This document shows positions 41,218 through 50,057 of a DNA stretch of 64,000 bases, piece by piece; the stretch's first letter is position 1; each line of letters starts with the position of its first letter. The stretch comes from an uncultured Spirochaetota bacterium (GTDB taxonomy: Bacteria; Spirochaetota; Spirochaetia; SZUA-6; Fen-1364), in assembly GCA_963734545.1 (NCBI GenBank), contig CAVTHO010000005.1:640001-704000 (forward strand). The letters run 5' to 3'. A program made the translations under genes and the position numbers. The notes beneath the pieces were generated by a model. That model made no database searches. It had not been told where the DNA came from and saw nothing but the letters and a program-made list of their open reading frames with translations.

Positions 41218-41769
41218 TCATCCGAGGAATACCTGTCCCGCGTTGTCGATGGCGAGGATCGTCTTGCACTCCGAACAGCGGAACCGTCCCGGCTTGGAGG
41301 CTTTCAGCTTCTTGCTGCAGATGGGGCATTTGAATATGCGGGGGAAAGTGGCGCCCTTTCCTTCTTCCCCGCGCGCGGCGAAGAAGGAGACCGCCTCGTC
41401 GAGGTTCTCCTTGATGTTGAAGAACTGGGAGAACCCGAGGAGCTGGAAGACTTCGTAGACCTTGGGCTGGATCTCGAGAAGCACCAGGTCGCCTCCGCGG
41501 GGTTTGACGGCCTTGAGAAACGCGGTAAAGGAGCCGATGCCCGTACTGGAGACATAGTTCAGGCCGCTGCAGTGGAAGATCAACTTGATGAAGGAGGCCT
41601 CTATCGCCTTGGCCACGCGCTTCTGAAAGTAGTTGGAATTGTAGGTATCTATGTACCCGGTGAGATAGAGCACGAGGCACCCGTCCGTGTCCTCGATCTT
41701 CTGGAGGCGTATTTTGAGGCTGTCGTCCTTTTCGTCGTCGAACCCTGGTACAATCTCGTTGTTACTCAT
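41218..41769 (-). CDS. STAS anti-sigma-factor antagonist with a C-terminal Zn ribbon
   Basis: LTGYIDTYN, LNYVSSTGIG, VFQLLGF; CPIC..CSEC. Confidence 0.9.
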   Translation of the reverse strand: MSNNEIVPGFDDEKDDSLKIRLQKIEDTDGCLVLYLTGYIDTYNSNYFQKRVAKAIEASFIKLIFHCSGLNYVSSTGIGSFTAFLKAVKPRGGDLVLLEIQPKVYEVFQLLGFSQFFNIKENLDEAVSFFAARGEEGKGATFPRIFKCPICSKKLKASKPGRFRCSECKTILAIDNAGQVFLG

Positions 41770-41804
41770 GGCGCCCCTTTGCCTGCAATAATTCCATTTG
41801 GCCC

Positions 41805-41838
41805 ATTATAGTATAGTCCTCACGGGCATACGCCGCAA
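41805..41838 (-). promoter_or_regulatory. Sigma70-type promoter of the STAS-pspA operon
   Basis: TTGCGG-N17-TATACT with an overlapping TATAAT. Confidence 0.6.
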
Positions 41839-41942
41839 GGGCTCCAACGGACGAAATCCCCTGGTGATAATGAGTTATTGTACGGGTTTTCGTTTTTTTT
41901 GTCAAATATGACCGGCACCGGCGCGTCTCCCCGTATCGCCGC

Positions 41943-42599
41943 CTATCTGTTCGGGTCCCATTGCACGGACACGCTTCCCGTATTGTAGGAGGAGGTCCCC
42001 ACCCCGCTCGAAGGGCCCAGGGGGAGACGGAACTCCCCCCGATAGTGCGCGCCCAGGAGCCATTCCCCGAGCCGGCTGGTGAACCCTGCCGTCACGACAT
42101 ACGCCTGCAGGGAGTCCTGCGTATTGTCGGCCAGCTCCCAGCGGCCGGAGGTCCCCGCTTCCAGGGTCGTGCCCTTCACAACGGAAAACGCGGCTGATGT
42201 GCCGGCCTTCAGGGAGAGGGTATCCTTCGGCAGGCCCTGCGAATCGAGCTCGGGAAAGCTCTTGCCCTTCAGCCCCAGGAGATAGCCCAGCTTCCATTCC
42301 TCTCCAAGGCGAAAAGTCCCGTCCTGCTCGAGGGCGAGATACGAATAGTCTCCCGCCTGCTGGTAGTAGTCCTTCATTGAGCCGCGAAGCGTGAGGCCGA
42401 AAGACGCCGACTCGACATCCTCCTTCACGCGCAGGCTCACGGTATTGCGGAGGGAAGATGGCTGGAGGGTCTCGTCGTCAGGGTCCTCGATCGCGCCCTC
42501 CGCCGCCTCGTACCTCAGGGTGAAGACGGGAAGCTTCCAATCCAGGGCCCAGGCAGGCAGGCAGGAGAGCAGCAGCAGGAGGAACATACTTTTTTTCAT
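41943..42599 (-). CDS. Exported hypothetical protein, beta-strand rich
   Basis: Signal peptide MKKSMFLLLLLSCLPAWA; amphipathic strands ending SVSVQW. Confidence 0.7.
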   Translation of the reverse strand: MKKSMFLLLLLSCLPAWALDWKLPVFTLRYEAAEGAIEDPDDETLQPSSLRNTVSLRVKEDVESASFGLTLRGSMKDYYQQAGDYSYLALEQDGTFRLGEEWKLGYLLGLKGKSFPELDSQGLPKDTLSLKAGTSAAFSVVKGTTLEAGTSGRWELADNTQDSLQAYVVTAGFTSRLGEWLLGAHYRGEFRLPLGPSSGVGTSSYNTGSVSVQWDPNR

Positions 42600-42658
42600 A
42601 CGTGCGACCTTGGACGCAGTTCATTATCGGATGTCTTCCGCGGCGGGACAAGCTGCGC

Positions 42659-43390
42659 TTATTTTCCGGCGGAACGACCGAGGTATGCTTCCTGGATGCG
42701 CGGATCGGATTTCAGCATCTCTGAAGATCCTTCGACCGCGATCCTGCCGATTTCCAGAACGTACCCCCTGCTGGCCAGCTCCAGCGCCTGCCGTGCATTC
42801 TGCTCCACCAGGAGAATCGCCACGCCCTGGCGGTTGATTTCCAGGATGATATCGAAGATAAGGTGCACGAGAATGGGAGCGAGACCCAGGGAGGGCTCGT
42901 CCAGGAGAAGGATCCGGGGAGTGCTCATGAGCGACCTCCCGATGGCGAGCATCTGCTGCTCTCCGCCGGACAAAGTGCCGGCAAGCTGCCGCCGGCGCTC
43001 CTTGAGAATCGGGAACAACGCGAACACCCGCTCGCGCGCTTTCACGACCTCCCGCCTCTCATTGCGCCGTACGAAAGCGCCGAGGGTCAGGTTCTCCTCG
43101 ACGGTGAGGGTTGCGAACACCCGTCGCCCTTCCGGGGCGTGGGAGATGCCCCTTCGCACGATGTCATAGGCGGGGACGCGGTGCAGCGGGGCGCCCTGAA
43201 AACGCACCTCTCCGCTCTGTGCCGGGAGAAGCCCGGAGATGGCGCGCAGGAGCGTGCTCTTGCCGGCGCCGTTGGCCCCCAGGACCGTGACGATCTCGCC
43301 TTCCTCCATCGAGAGGCTCACGTCCTTGAGAGCAACCCGCGCCCCGTAGCGGATGCGGAGGTCCCTCACCTGCAGCAGCGGCACGCTCAT
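42659..43390 (-). CDS. livF: Branched-chain amino acid ABC ATPase
   Basis: GANGAGKS, PEGRRVF, LSGGEQQM, DEPSLGLAP. Confidence 0.95.
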   Translation of the reverse strand: MSVPLLQVRDLRIRYGARVALKDVSLSMEEGEIVTVLGANGAGKSTLLRAISGLLPAQSGEVRFQGAPLHRVPAYDIVRRGISHAPEGRRVFATLTVEENLTLGAFVRRNERREVVKARERVFALFPILKERRRQLAGTLSGGEQQMLAIGRSLMSTPRILLLDEPSLGLAPILVHLIFDIILEINRQGVAILLVEQNARQALELASRGYVLEIGRIAVEGSSEMLKSDPRIQEAYLGRSAGK

Positions 43391-44208
43391 GATCTCCCGC
43401 CCAGGTAGGCTTCAATGACTTTCGGGTCATGATAGATATGCGCGGGAGGGCCCTCTGAGATCTTCTCCCCCCCGTCCATGACGGTGACCCAGTCGGAAAT
43501 GCCCATGACGACATTCATGTCGTGCTCGATCAGGAGAACGGTGAGCTGCTCGCTGCGTATGATGGCGCGAATGAACTCCATGAGGTCTTCCGTCTCCCGT
43601 GGATTGAGACCGCTGGAGGGCTCGTCCAGAACCAGGAGACGCGGGGAGGTTGCAAGGGCGCGCGCGATTTCCAGCATCCGCTGCCGGCCATAGGGGATGT
43701 TGCGCGCAAGCTCGTTGCGGGATTCCCAGAGCCCCACCAGCCGCAGCCTTTCCTCCGCGTGCTCCTGGATTTCACGCTCCTCCTTGCGCTGCGCTCTTGT
43801 GCGGAACAGGGACGCGGCCACTCCCGAGAAGGTGCGGCAGTGCTGCCCGGCCATGACGTTTTCCAGGCAGGACATGTTCGAGAACAGGCGGAGGTTCTGG
43901 AACGTGCGGGCGATCCCCTTCTCCACGATCAGGTGGGGCGGCCGGCCGGTGATCTCCTTTCCTTCGAAATAGACGGTCCCGCGCTCCGGCCGATAGATGC
44001 CCGTCACCACGTTGAACACGGTGGTCTTGCCCGCGCCGTTGGGCCCGATCAGGCTCGCGATCTCTCCCCTGTGCACGCGCATGTCCAGGGACTCCACCGC
44101 GGCAAGCCCGCCGAAGCTCTTTGTCAGCCCCGCCGTCTCGAGCACGATCGCGCCGTCCCTCGAGAATGTGCCCTTCGCCGCTGGATCGCGGGCCTGCCGG
44201 CTACCCAT
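43387..44208 (-). CDS. livG: Branched-chain amino acid ABC ATPase
   Basis: GPNGAGKT, ARTFQN, PYGRQR, EHDM, EAYLG. Confidence 0.95.
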   Translation of the reverse strand: MGSRQARDPAAKGTFSRDGAIVLETAGLTKSFGGLAAVESLDMRVHRGEIASLIGPNGAGKTTVFNVVTGIYRPERGTVYFEGKEITGRPPHLIVEKGIARTFQNLRLFSNMSCLENVMAGQHCRTFSGVAASLFRTRAQRKEEREIQEHAEERLRLVGLWESRNELARNIPYGRQRMLEIARALATSPRLLVLDEPSSGLNPRETEDLMEFIRAIIRSEQLTVLLIEHDMNVVMGISDWVTVMDGGEKISEGPPAHIYHDPKVIEAYLGGRS

Positions 44209-45181
44209 CCCGCCTCCACAGCTTCCGCAGCAGCTCGCGACCTTCCATTCCGCCGCGGCGGCGGGGCCAGAGGCCGCCGGGCCTCACCATCATCATGAGG
44301 ATCATGGCGACTCCGAAGACGACCATGCGATAGTTGGCGAACGAGCGAAAGATTTCCGGGAAGAGGCTGACCGCCGCCGCGCCGATGATCACGCCCGGCA
44401 CCGATCCCATGCCGCCGATCAGCACGATGCTGAACATCAGGCACGACTCCCAGAAGCTGAAGCTCTCCGGGGACACGATGAGGAGCTTGCTCGCGTAGAG
44501 GTTTCCCGCGATCCCGGCCAGGGCCGCGCCCAGCACAAAGGCGAGGAGCTTGTACGCGCGTACGTTGATTCCGGCGGCCTGCGCGGCCACCTCGTCCTCC
44601 CGGATGCAGTTCCACGCCCTGCCGATTCGCGAGCGCTGCAGCCGAAGCAGGCCGAAGACGCTCACGCCGACCACGATCCAGACCAGGAAATAGTAGCCGA
44701 GGGAGCTGTCGATGGTCAGAAATCCGAGTGAAGGGGATTGGATCCCGCTCACACCGTTGGGACCCCCGGTCAGCCCGAAGGGGTTGTTGATCAGGGCGAG
44801 ACGCACGATCTCCCCCATGCCGATGGTGACGATGCAGAGGTAGTCTCCCCGCAGGTGGATGATGGGGAATGTCACCAGGTAGGCGAAGAGGCCGGCGGCC
44901 ACGGCGCTGATGGGAAGCAGGACGAGTATCGGGATGCCGAAATGGGTGTTGAGGATGGCCGTGGTGTAGGCGCCGATGGCATAGAAGCCGGCATGCCCGA
45001 GGTCGTACAGGCCCGCCTCCCCCAGGACGATGTTCAGGCTCAGGCCGAGAAGAACATAGATGCCGAAGAAGAAACCCACGTCGATGAGATAGCCCGCCGT
45101 CATGAGCGGGTAGGCGGCGAAGGCGGCGATCACGAGCGGAATCGCCGCGCGGCGGAGGACGGGGGTGAGCGTGCCGGCCAT
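44201..45181 (-). CDS. livM: Branched-chain amino acid ABC permease
   Basis: LGHAGFYAIGAY, LRGDYL, IREDE..A..GIN. Confidence 0.93.
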   Translation of the reverse strand: MAGTLTPVLRRAAIPLVIAAFAAYPLMTAGYLIDVGFFFGIYVLLGLSLNIVLGEAGLYDLGHAGFYAIGAYTTAILNTHFGIPILVLLPISAVAAGLFAYLVTFPIIHLRGDYLCIVTIGMGEIVRLALINNPFGLTGGPNGVSGIQSPSLGFLTIDSSLGYYFLVWIVVGVSVFGLLRLQRSRIGRAWNCIREDEVAAQAAGINVRAYKLLAFVLGAALAGIAGNLYASKLLIVSPESFSFWESCLMFSIVLIGGMGSVPGVIIGAAAVSLFPEIFRSFANYRMVVFGVAMILMMMVRPGGLWPRRRGGMEGRELLRKLWRRDG

Positions 45182-45183
45182 TC

Positions 45184-46095
45184 TCAGACCTTTTCCGCTA
45201 TCTTCTCACCGAAAAGGCCGTTGGGGCGGAAGATCAGAACGAGGATCAGGATGAGAAAGACGAACACGTCCTTCCAGGCCGTGGAGATATAGGCGCTGCC
45301 GAACATTTCCAGCACCCCGAGGATCAGGCCGCCGAACATCGCCCCGGGAAGATTTCCGATCCCGCCCAGGATCGTGGCGGTGAAGGCCTTCAAACCGTAG
45401 TTCCAGCCCATGGTGAAGCTGATCTGACGGTAGTACACGCCGACCATCACGCCGGTCAGCGCGCCGAGGGCGGGACCCAGGATGAAGATGAACCGGATCA
45501 CCTTGTTGAAGTTGATGCCCATCAAGGCTGCCGTGTCGCGGTCCAGGGCCGTCGCGCGGATCGCGGCCCCCCACGTGGTTTTCTGGATCACGAAGTACAG
45601 CACGGTCATGAGAAGGAAGGAGACCGCGAGGATCAGGATCTGCAGCGCGGTCAGGCTGATGCCTCCGATCACGATGTGCATGTTGGGTATCAGCTTCGCA
45701 GGATACGCCTGGTAGCGCGGTCCCCATACGATCATGATGAGGTTCTGCAAGACAAGAGACGCACCGAGCGCGGAGACCACGGCGGGCAGCCGGCCCGCCG
45801 GATAGATGGGCCGGTAGGCCACCCGCTCGACCAGGACGCCCACCAGGGCGAGACAGAGGGCGGCGGCGATCATGGCGACCGCCAGCCCGCCCCACAAGCC
45901 CAGGTGGGTCGTCACGAAAGCCGCCCCGAGCACCAGCAGGGTGTAGCCGAGGTACGAGCCCAGGGTGAAGAAGTCCCCGTGGGCGAAGTTGATCAGCTTC
46001 AGCACGCCGTAGACCATGGAGTAGCCCAGCGCGATCAGCCCGTAGAACGAGCCGATGGTGAGACCGTTGATCAACTGCTCGAGAAACACCCGCAT
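45184..46095 (-). CDS. livH: Branched-chain amino acid ABC permease
   Basis: ALGYSMVYGVLKLINFAHG, LGGIG, RPNGLFG. Confidence 0.95.
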   Translation of the reverse strand: MRVFLEQLINGLTIGSFYGLIALGYSMVYGVLKLINFAHGDFFTLGSYLGYTLLVLGAAFVTTHLGLWGGLAVAMIAAALCLALVGVLVERVAYRPIYPAGRLPAVVSALGASLVLQNLIMIVWGPRYQAYPAKLIPNMHIVIGGISLTALQILILAVSFLLMTVLYFVIQKTTWGAAIRATALDRDTAALMGINFNKVIRFIFILGPALGALTGVMVGVYYRQISFTMGWNYGLKAFTATILGGIGNLPGAMFGGLILGVLEMFGSAYISTAWKDVFVFLILILVLIFRPNGLFGEKIAEKV

Positions 46096-46104
46096 CGTGT
46101 CCGG

Positions 46105-47257
46105 CTACTTGGAGATGACGATATTCCCCTGGTCGTCCACCACGTAGAGGAAGAAAGGCACCCCTTCGCGATCACCCTTGTCGGTGAATCCGATCTTGCC
46201 GGTGATCCCCGGGACTCCGTTCACCTTGTTGCGCAGGTAGTCGGCAAGCACGGTCCCGTCCGAGGCGCCGGACGCGTTCAGGGCATACGCGATGATGTTG
46301 ACAGCGTCTGCCGCGTAGACAGGCCACGGGCTGGAGGGGATCTCTCCGAACTTGTCCTTGTAGGCCTTGAGGAACTCGGCCGCCTCGCTGGTGGGAAGGT
46401 CTGCCGGGCAGGGGCTCGTTCGTCATGTAGCAGCCCTTGGCCATGTCGAGACCCGCAATCTTGACGAACTCGTCGTTGATCGCAGCATTTCCGCCCACGA
46501 ACGGGCAGGTGATCCCGATCTCCCGCGCCTGCGTGACAAGGAGCGCCGCCTCGGCATAGTAGCCGGTGTAGTACCACACATCGGGCTTGGCTTCCCGCAT
46601 CTTGGTGAGGGGAACGTGGAAATCTTTCTCCCCGGGGGTGATGGCATCGTAGTACACGATCTGCACCTTGCCCGCGTCCACCATCGGCTTCAGCGCGTCG
46701 CGCGCGTTTTCCGCCAGACCTTTTCCGAACGCGGTGTTGTCGTGCATGATCGCGATCCGCTTGGCGCCGAACTTCTGCGGGACGAAGCCTGGGCAAAGAA
46801 CTTGCCCCTGGTTGTCGTCCCGACCGCACGTGCGGAAGAAGTACTTCAGGCCATGCTCGGTGAGCCGCACCGCCGTGGAGCCGTAGGCGATGTTCACCAT
46901 CTTGCCCTTCTCGTAGATGTTCGAAGCCGGCTCGCTGATGGAGGAGCCGTACGTGGAAACCGAGGCCACGACGCCCTTGCGGCCCACGATCTTCGTGGCG
47001 GCCAGGGCGCCCGTCCGGGGCTGGCCGGCGTCGTCTTCCACGACGATCTGGATCTGCCGCCCGCCCAGGATCCCGCCTTTCTGGTTGATCAGCGCGGCCG
47101 CGATCTCGCAGGACTGCTTGGCCATCTGCCCCTCATAGGCCCAGGGTCCCGTGATGGGGCCCTGCAGGCCGATCAGGATCGGGCCCTTGTCAGCGGCGAA
47201 CCCCGCCAGGGCGCTCATCAGGATGAGAAGAATCGACACGAGTGCCATTCGCTTCAT
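46105..47257 (-). CDS. livK: Branched-chain amino acid ABC substrate-binding protein; frameshifts near 46790 and 46410
   Basis: Signal peptide, GPITG, FFRTCGRDD; the C-terminus continues in another frame to TAG at 46105. Confidence 0.88.
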
Positions 47258-47338
47258 TCGTTTCCTCCTCTTTGAGACTTTCGCTGAGATGATAGATCGT
47301 TATATTCGCGCGGCAAGCCCGGTGTCAAGAAAGAAAGC

Positions 47339-47438
47339 GCGCCGCCGTAGTCGGCGGATTCAGGGCGCCGCCGTAGTCGGCGGATTCAGGGCGCCGCCGT
47401 AGTCGGCGGATTCGGGCGCCGCCGTAGTCGGCGGATTC
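47339..47438. repeat. 4 x 25-26-bp palindromic GTAG-containing tandem repeat (REP-like)
   Basis: Identical 23-mer GCGCCGCCGTAGTCGGCGGATTC at 47339, 47365, 47391 and 47416. Confidence 0.92.
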
Positions 47439-47465
47439 TAGTCGCGGAGCTACTCTGGGGAGCAT

Positions 47466-48263
47466 ATGAGCGAGCAGCGAATGCCGTGGAATACCACGGC
47501 CGCCATGGATGTGAGGATCGTGCTGGTGAGACCGCGGGATCCCCGGAATGTCGGGGCGGCGTGCCGGGCAATGAAGTGCATGGGATTCACCTCCCTGGCA
47601 ATCGTCATGGATGAGCCGATCGATCCGAGGCAGGCGCGGACCGTGTCGCATTACGCCTCGGACGTGCTGGAGGGCGCCCTGATCTGCACCGACCCCCGGG
47701 ACGTCATCCAGGACGCGGTGCTCGTGGCCGGGACGACGCGCCGGCGGGGAAGGAGCAGGAAGTATTTCACCCTCTTTCCTGAACAGCTGGGCCGGCGTGT
47801 CGCCTCTATAGGGAAGGGAACCGTGGCCGTGCTGTTCGGAAACGAGGAAACGGGACTGACCGATGACGAGCTCGCCCTGTGCCACGTGGCGGTCACCATT
47901 CCCGCCTCTCCGGACTTTCCCTCGCTCAATCTCTCCCATGCCGTGCAGGTGATCTGCTACGAGATCTTCCGCGCGCAGAGCGCCGACCACCTGACGCCGT
48001 TTTCCCCGATAAGCGCCCAGGCAGTGGACGATCTGGTGTCGGTGGTCACCGGGTCTCTCTCGAAGATCGGATTTTTCACGATTGTGGGACCGGAACAGAT
48101 GGGTATCTTCTTCAAGGACATCCTGGGACGGGCGAGTCTCTCCGTGAGCGAGGCACGACGGCTGGGAGTCGTCTTCCGCAAGATCGCCGGGCTCGCGACG
48201 AAGAAGCAGCACGCCCCGCGCGCGCCGGCGAGGGGAATTGACCCGGGAGCGGATCCTCCATAG
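47466..48263 (+). CDS. trmJ: TrmJ/LasT family SPOUT RNA methyltransferase
   Basis: NVGAACRAMKCMG, LFGNEETGL, SLNLSHAV. Confidence 0.9.
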   Translation: MSEQRMPWNTTAAMDVRIVLVRPRDPRNVGAACRAMKCMGFTSLAIVMDEPIDPRQARTVSHYASDVLEGALICTDPRDVIQDAVLVAGTTRRRGRSRKYFTLFPEQLGRRVASIGKGTVAVLFGNEETGLTDDELALCHVAVTIPASPDFPSLNLSHAVQVICYEIFRAQSADHLTPFSPISAQAVDDLVSVVTGSLSKIGFFTIVGPEQMGIFFKDILGRASLSVSEARRLGVVFRKIAGLATKKQHAPRAPARGIDPGADPP

Positions 48264-48266
48264 TAT
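48238..48266 (+). promoter_or_regulatory. Sigma70-type promoter
   Basis: TTGACC-N17-TAGTAT; SD AAGGAG before 48286. Confidence 0.6.
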
Positions 48267-48285
48267 GGGCGCAAGGAGTCGTTCG

Positions 48286-48768
48286 ATGCGCAGATCTGTT
48301 CCGCTCCTGGCGTGCGTGATCCTCCTTCTGGGCGCCGTCGTTCTCCCCGCCCTTTCACGAGGGGACTTCGACAGGGTCGTGGACTTCTCCGTCACTTTGA
48401 AGACGCTCGCCGCGGCCGCGGACGGGAAGGCGCCCCTCCCCACCGGCAGGATGCTGCTGCTCTCCGGCACCGTCTCCGACGTCAACATTCTCAACAAGGA
48501 CGAACAGGGCTTCAAAGTCAGGATCGAGCTGATCACCGGCGAGTGGATCGGTCTCGAAGACGTGAAGGCGTATGCGTGCTATGTCGAGTTCAGCGGCCGC
48601 GAGTTCTTCAAGGTCTTCCCCGCGCGGGCGCCGCGCACGGCCACTCCGGATGTGATCACACTCAACTCGCGGGTCGTCGTCGTCTGCAGCGCGCTGGATA
48701 TCGTGAATACCCCCCAGGGGGAGAAGCACGTGCGCGCCGCGGGCGCCTACATCAGGGCCATCGAGTAG
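48286..48768 (+). CDS. Exported hypothetical protein (possible OB fold)
   Basis: Signal peptide, own promoter and SD, GC3-rich codons. Confidence 0.75.
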   Translation: MRRSVPLLACVILLLGAVVLPALSRGDFDRVVDFSVTLKTLAAAADGKAPLPTGRMLLLSGTVSDVNILNKDEQGFKVRIELITGEWIGLEDVKAYACYVEFSGREFFKVFPARAPRTATPDVITLNSRVVVVCSALDIVNTPQGEKHVRAAGAYIRAIE

Positions 48769-48801
48769 ACCGCCCCGCGGCCCCGGGGCCGCCCCTGCCG
48801 T

Positions 48802-49929
48802 TCAGTCGAACGTCACGTCGCGCGCGCCGATTGTTCCCGTGTCCGCTGACAGCGCCGCCCTTTCCATCACGTTGCGAAGCTCGCGTATATTGCCCGGCCA
48901 GTCATGCGCGCAGAGTTTCTCCCGCGCTTCCACGGCAATGGCACCCGGTCTCTTCAGCAGCGAAAGAAAGTGCGCCGCGAGGATCGGGATGTCCTCCCTT
49001 CGCTCCCGCAGCGGGGGGACCCTGATGGGCAGGACGCCGAGCCGGTAAAAAAGGTCGGCGCGGAACCCGCCCTCTCCCGCGTGCCCCTTGAGCTCCCTGT
49101 TCGTCGCCGACACGACACGCACGTCCAGGGGGATTGCGCGGCTGCCGCCTACCCGTGTCAGCTCCTTCTGTTCGATGATCCGGAGAAGCCGGGTCTGCGC
49201 GGCCGGGGACATCTCTCCGATCTCGTCGAGAAAAAGCGTGCCGCCGTTGGCCTGCTCGAAGCTGCCCGGGCGGCATACCGCATCGGTGAATGCGCCCTTC
49301 TCCGCGCCGAACAGCTCGGTCTCCAGGAGCGTTTCGGGAAGCGCGCCGCAGTTGAGGGCGACGCAGGGTCCGCCCCGTCTGCGAGAGGTCTCGTGGATGG
49401 ACCTGGCCACGAGCTCCTTGCCCGTGCCGCTTTCACCCAGGATGAGAACCGGAGAATCCGACGGCGCATAGCGAAGGATGAGCTGCTTCACCTCGCGTAT
49501 GCACGCGCTCTCCCCGATGAGCGACTCCAGAAGCGCCTGGCCGGCGGCGGACGCCGCTGCCCGGCGCGCATCCGCCCCGCTCACGACGGTGCGGAGCGTG
49601 CCCAGGAGCTCCTTCAGCTCGTAGGGCTTGACGATGTAGTCGCATGCGCCCGCCAGTATCGCCTCCTTCACCAGCCGGGGGTCTGTCAGCGCGGTCAGCA
49701 TCACGACGGGCGGCGGCAGGGGCCGGGCCACGATTGCCTTGAGCGCCGCGATGCCGTCCAGATCGGGGAGGTTGATATCAAGGAGAACGACATCCGCTGA
49801 TTCATGCGCGGCGGCCTCGATTCCCTGCCGGGCCGTGTATGCCGAGATCAGCACATAGGGCTCGGGGAGCACCATGTCGAGCGTCCGGTGCGCCTGGGGA
49901 TCATCGTCGATGAAGAGGACTTTTACCAT
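48802..49929 (-). CDS. Sigma54-dependent REC-AAA+ activator lacking the C-terminal HTH
   Basis: IDDD..LDINLP..KP; GESGTGKE, GAFTDA, FLDEIGE, FRADLFYRL, WPGNIREL; stop follows about 20 aa later. Confidence 0.92.
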   Translation of the reverse strand: MVKVLFIDDDPQAHRTLDMVLPEPYVLISAYTARQGIEAAAHESADVVLLDINLPDLDGIAALKAIVARPLPPPVVMLTALTDPRLVKEAILAGACDYIVKPYELKELLGTLRTVVSGADARRAAASAAGQALLESLIGESACIREVKQLILRYAPSDSPVLILGESGTGKELVARSIHETSRRRGGPCVALNCGALPETLLETELFGAEKGAFTDAVCRPGSFEQANGGTLFLDEIGEMSPAAQTRLLRIIEQKELTRVGGSRAIPLDVRVVSATNRELKGHAGEGGFRADLFYRLGVLPIRVPPLRERREDIPILAAHFLSLLKRPGAIAVEAREKLCAHDWPGNIRELRNVMERAALSADTGTIGARDVTFD

Positions 49930-50057
49930 TTCAGATCAACTTTCTCGCTGGCGGCAATGTACAGGAGCAGGAGGGAATCTGCAAGATCAGGTTCACACGC
50001 TCGTGATCGAGGTGTGCGCGGGCGTCATGGTGGTGTTGTATTGCGGGAAGGCTGCCC

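Noticed and set aside
47339-47438. Possible CRISPR array
   Set aside because: The repeats are separated by only 2-3 bp, with no unique spacers and no cas genes.
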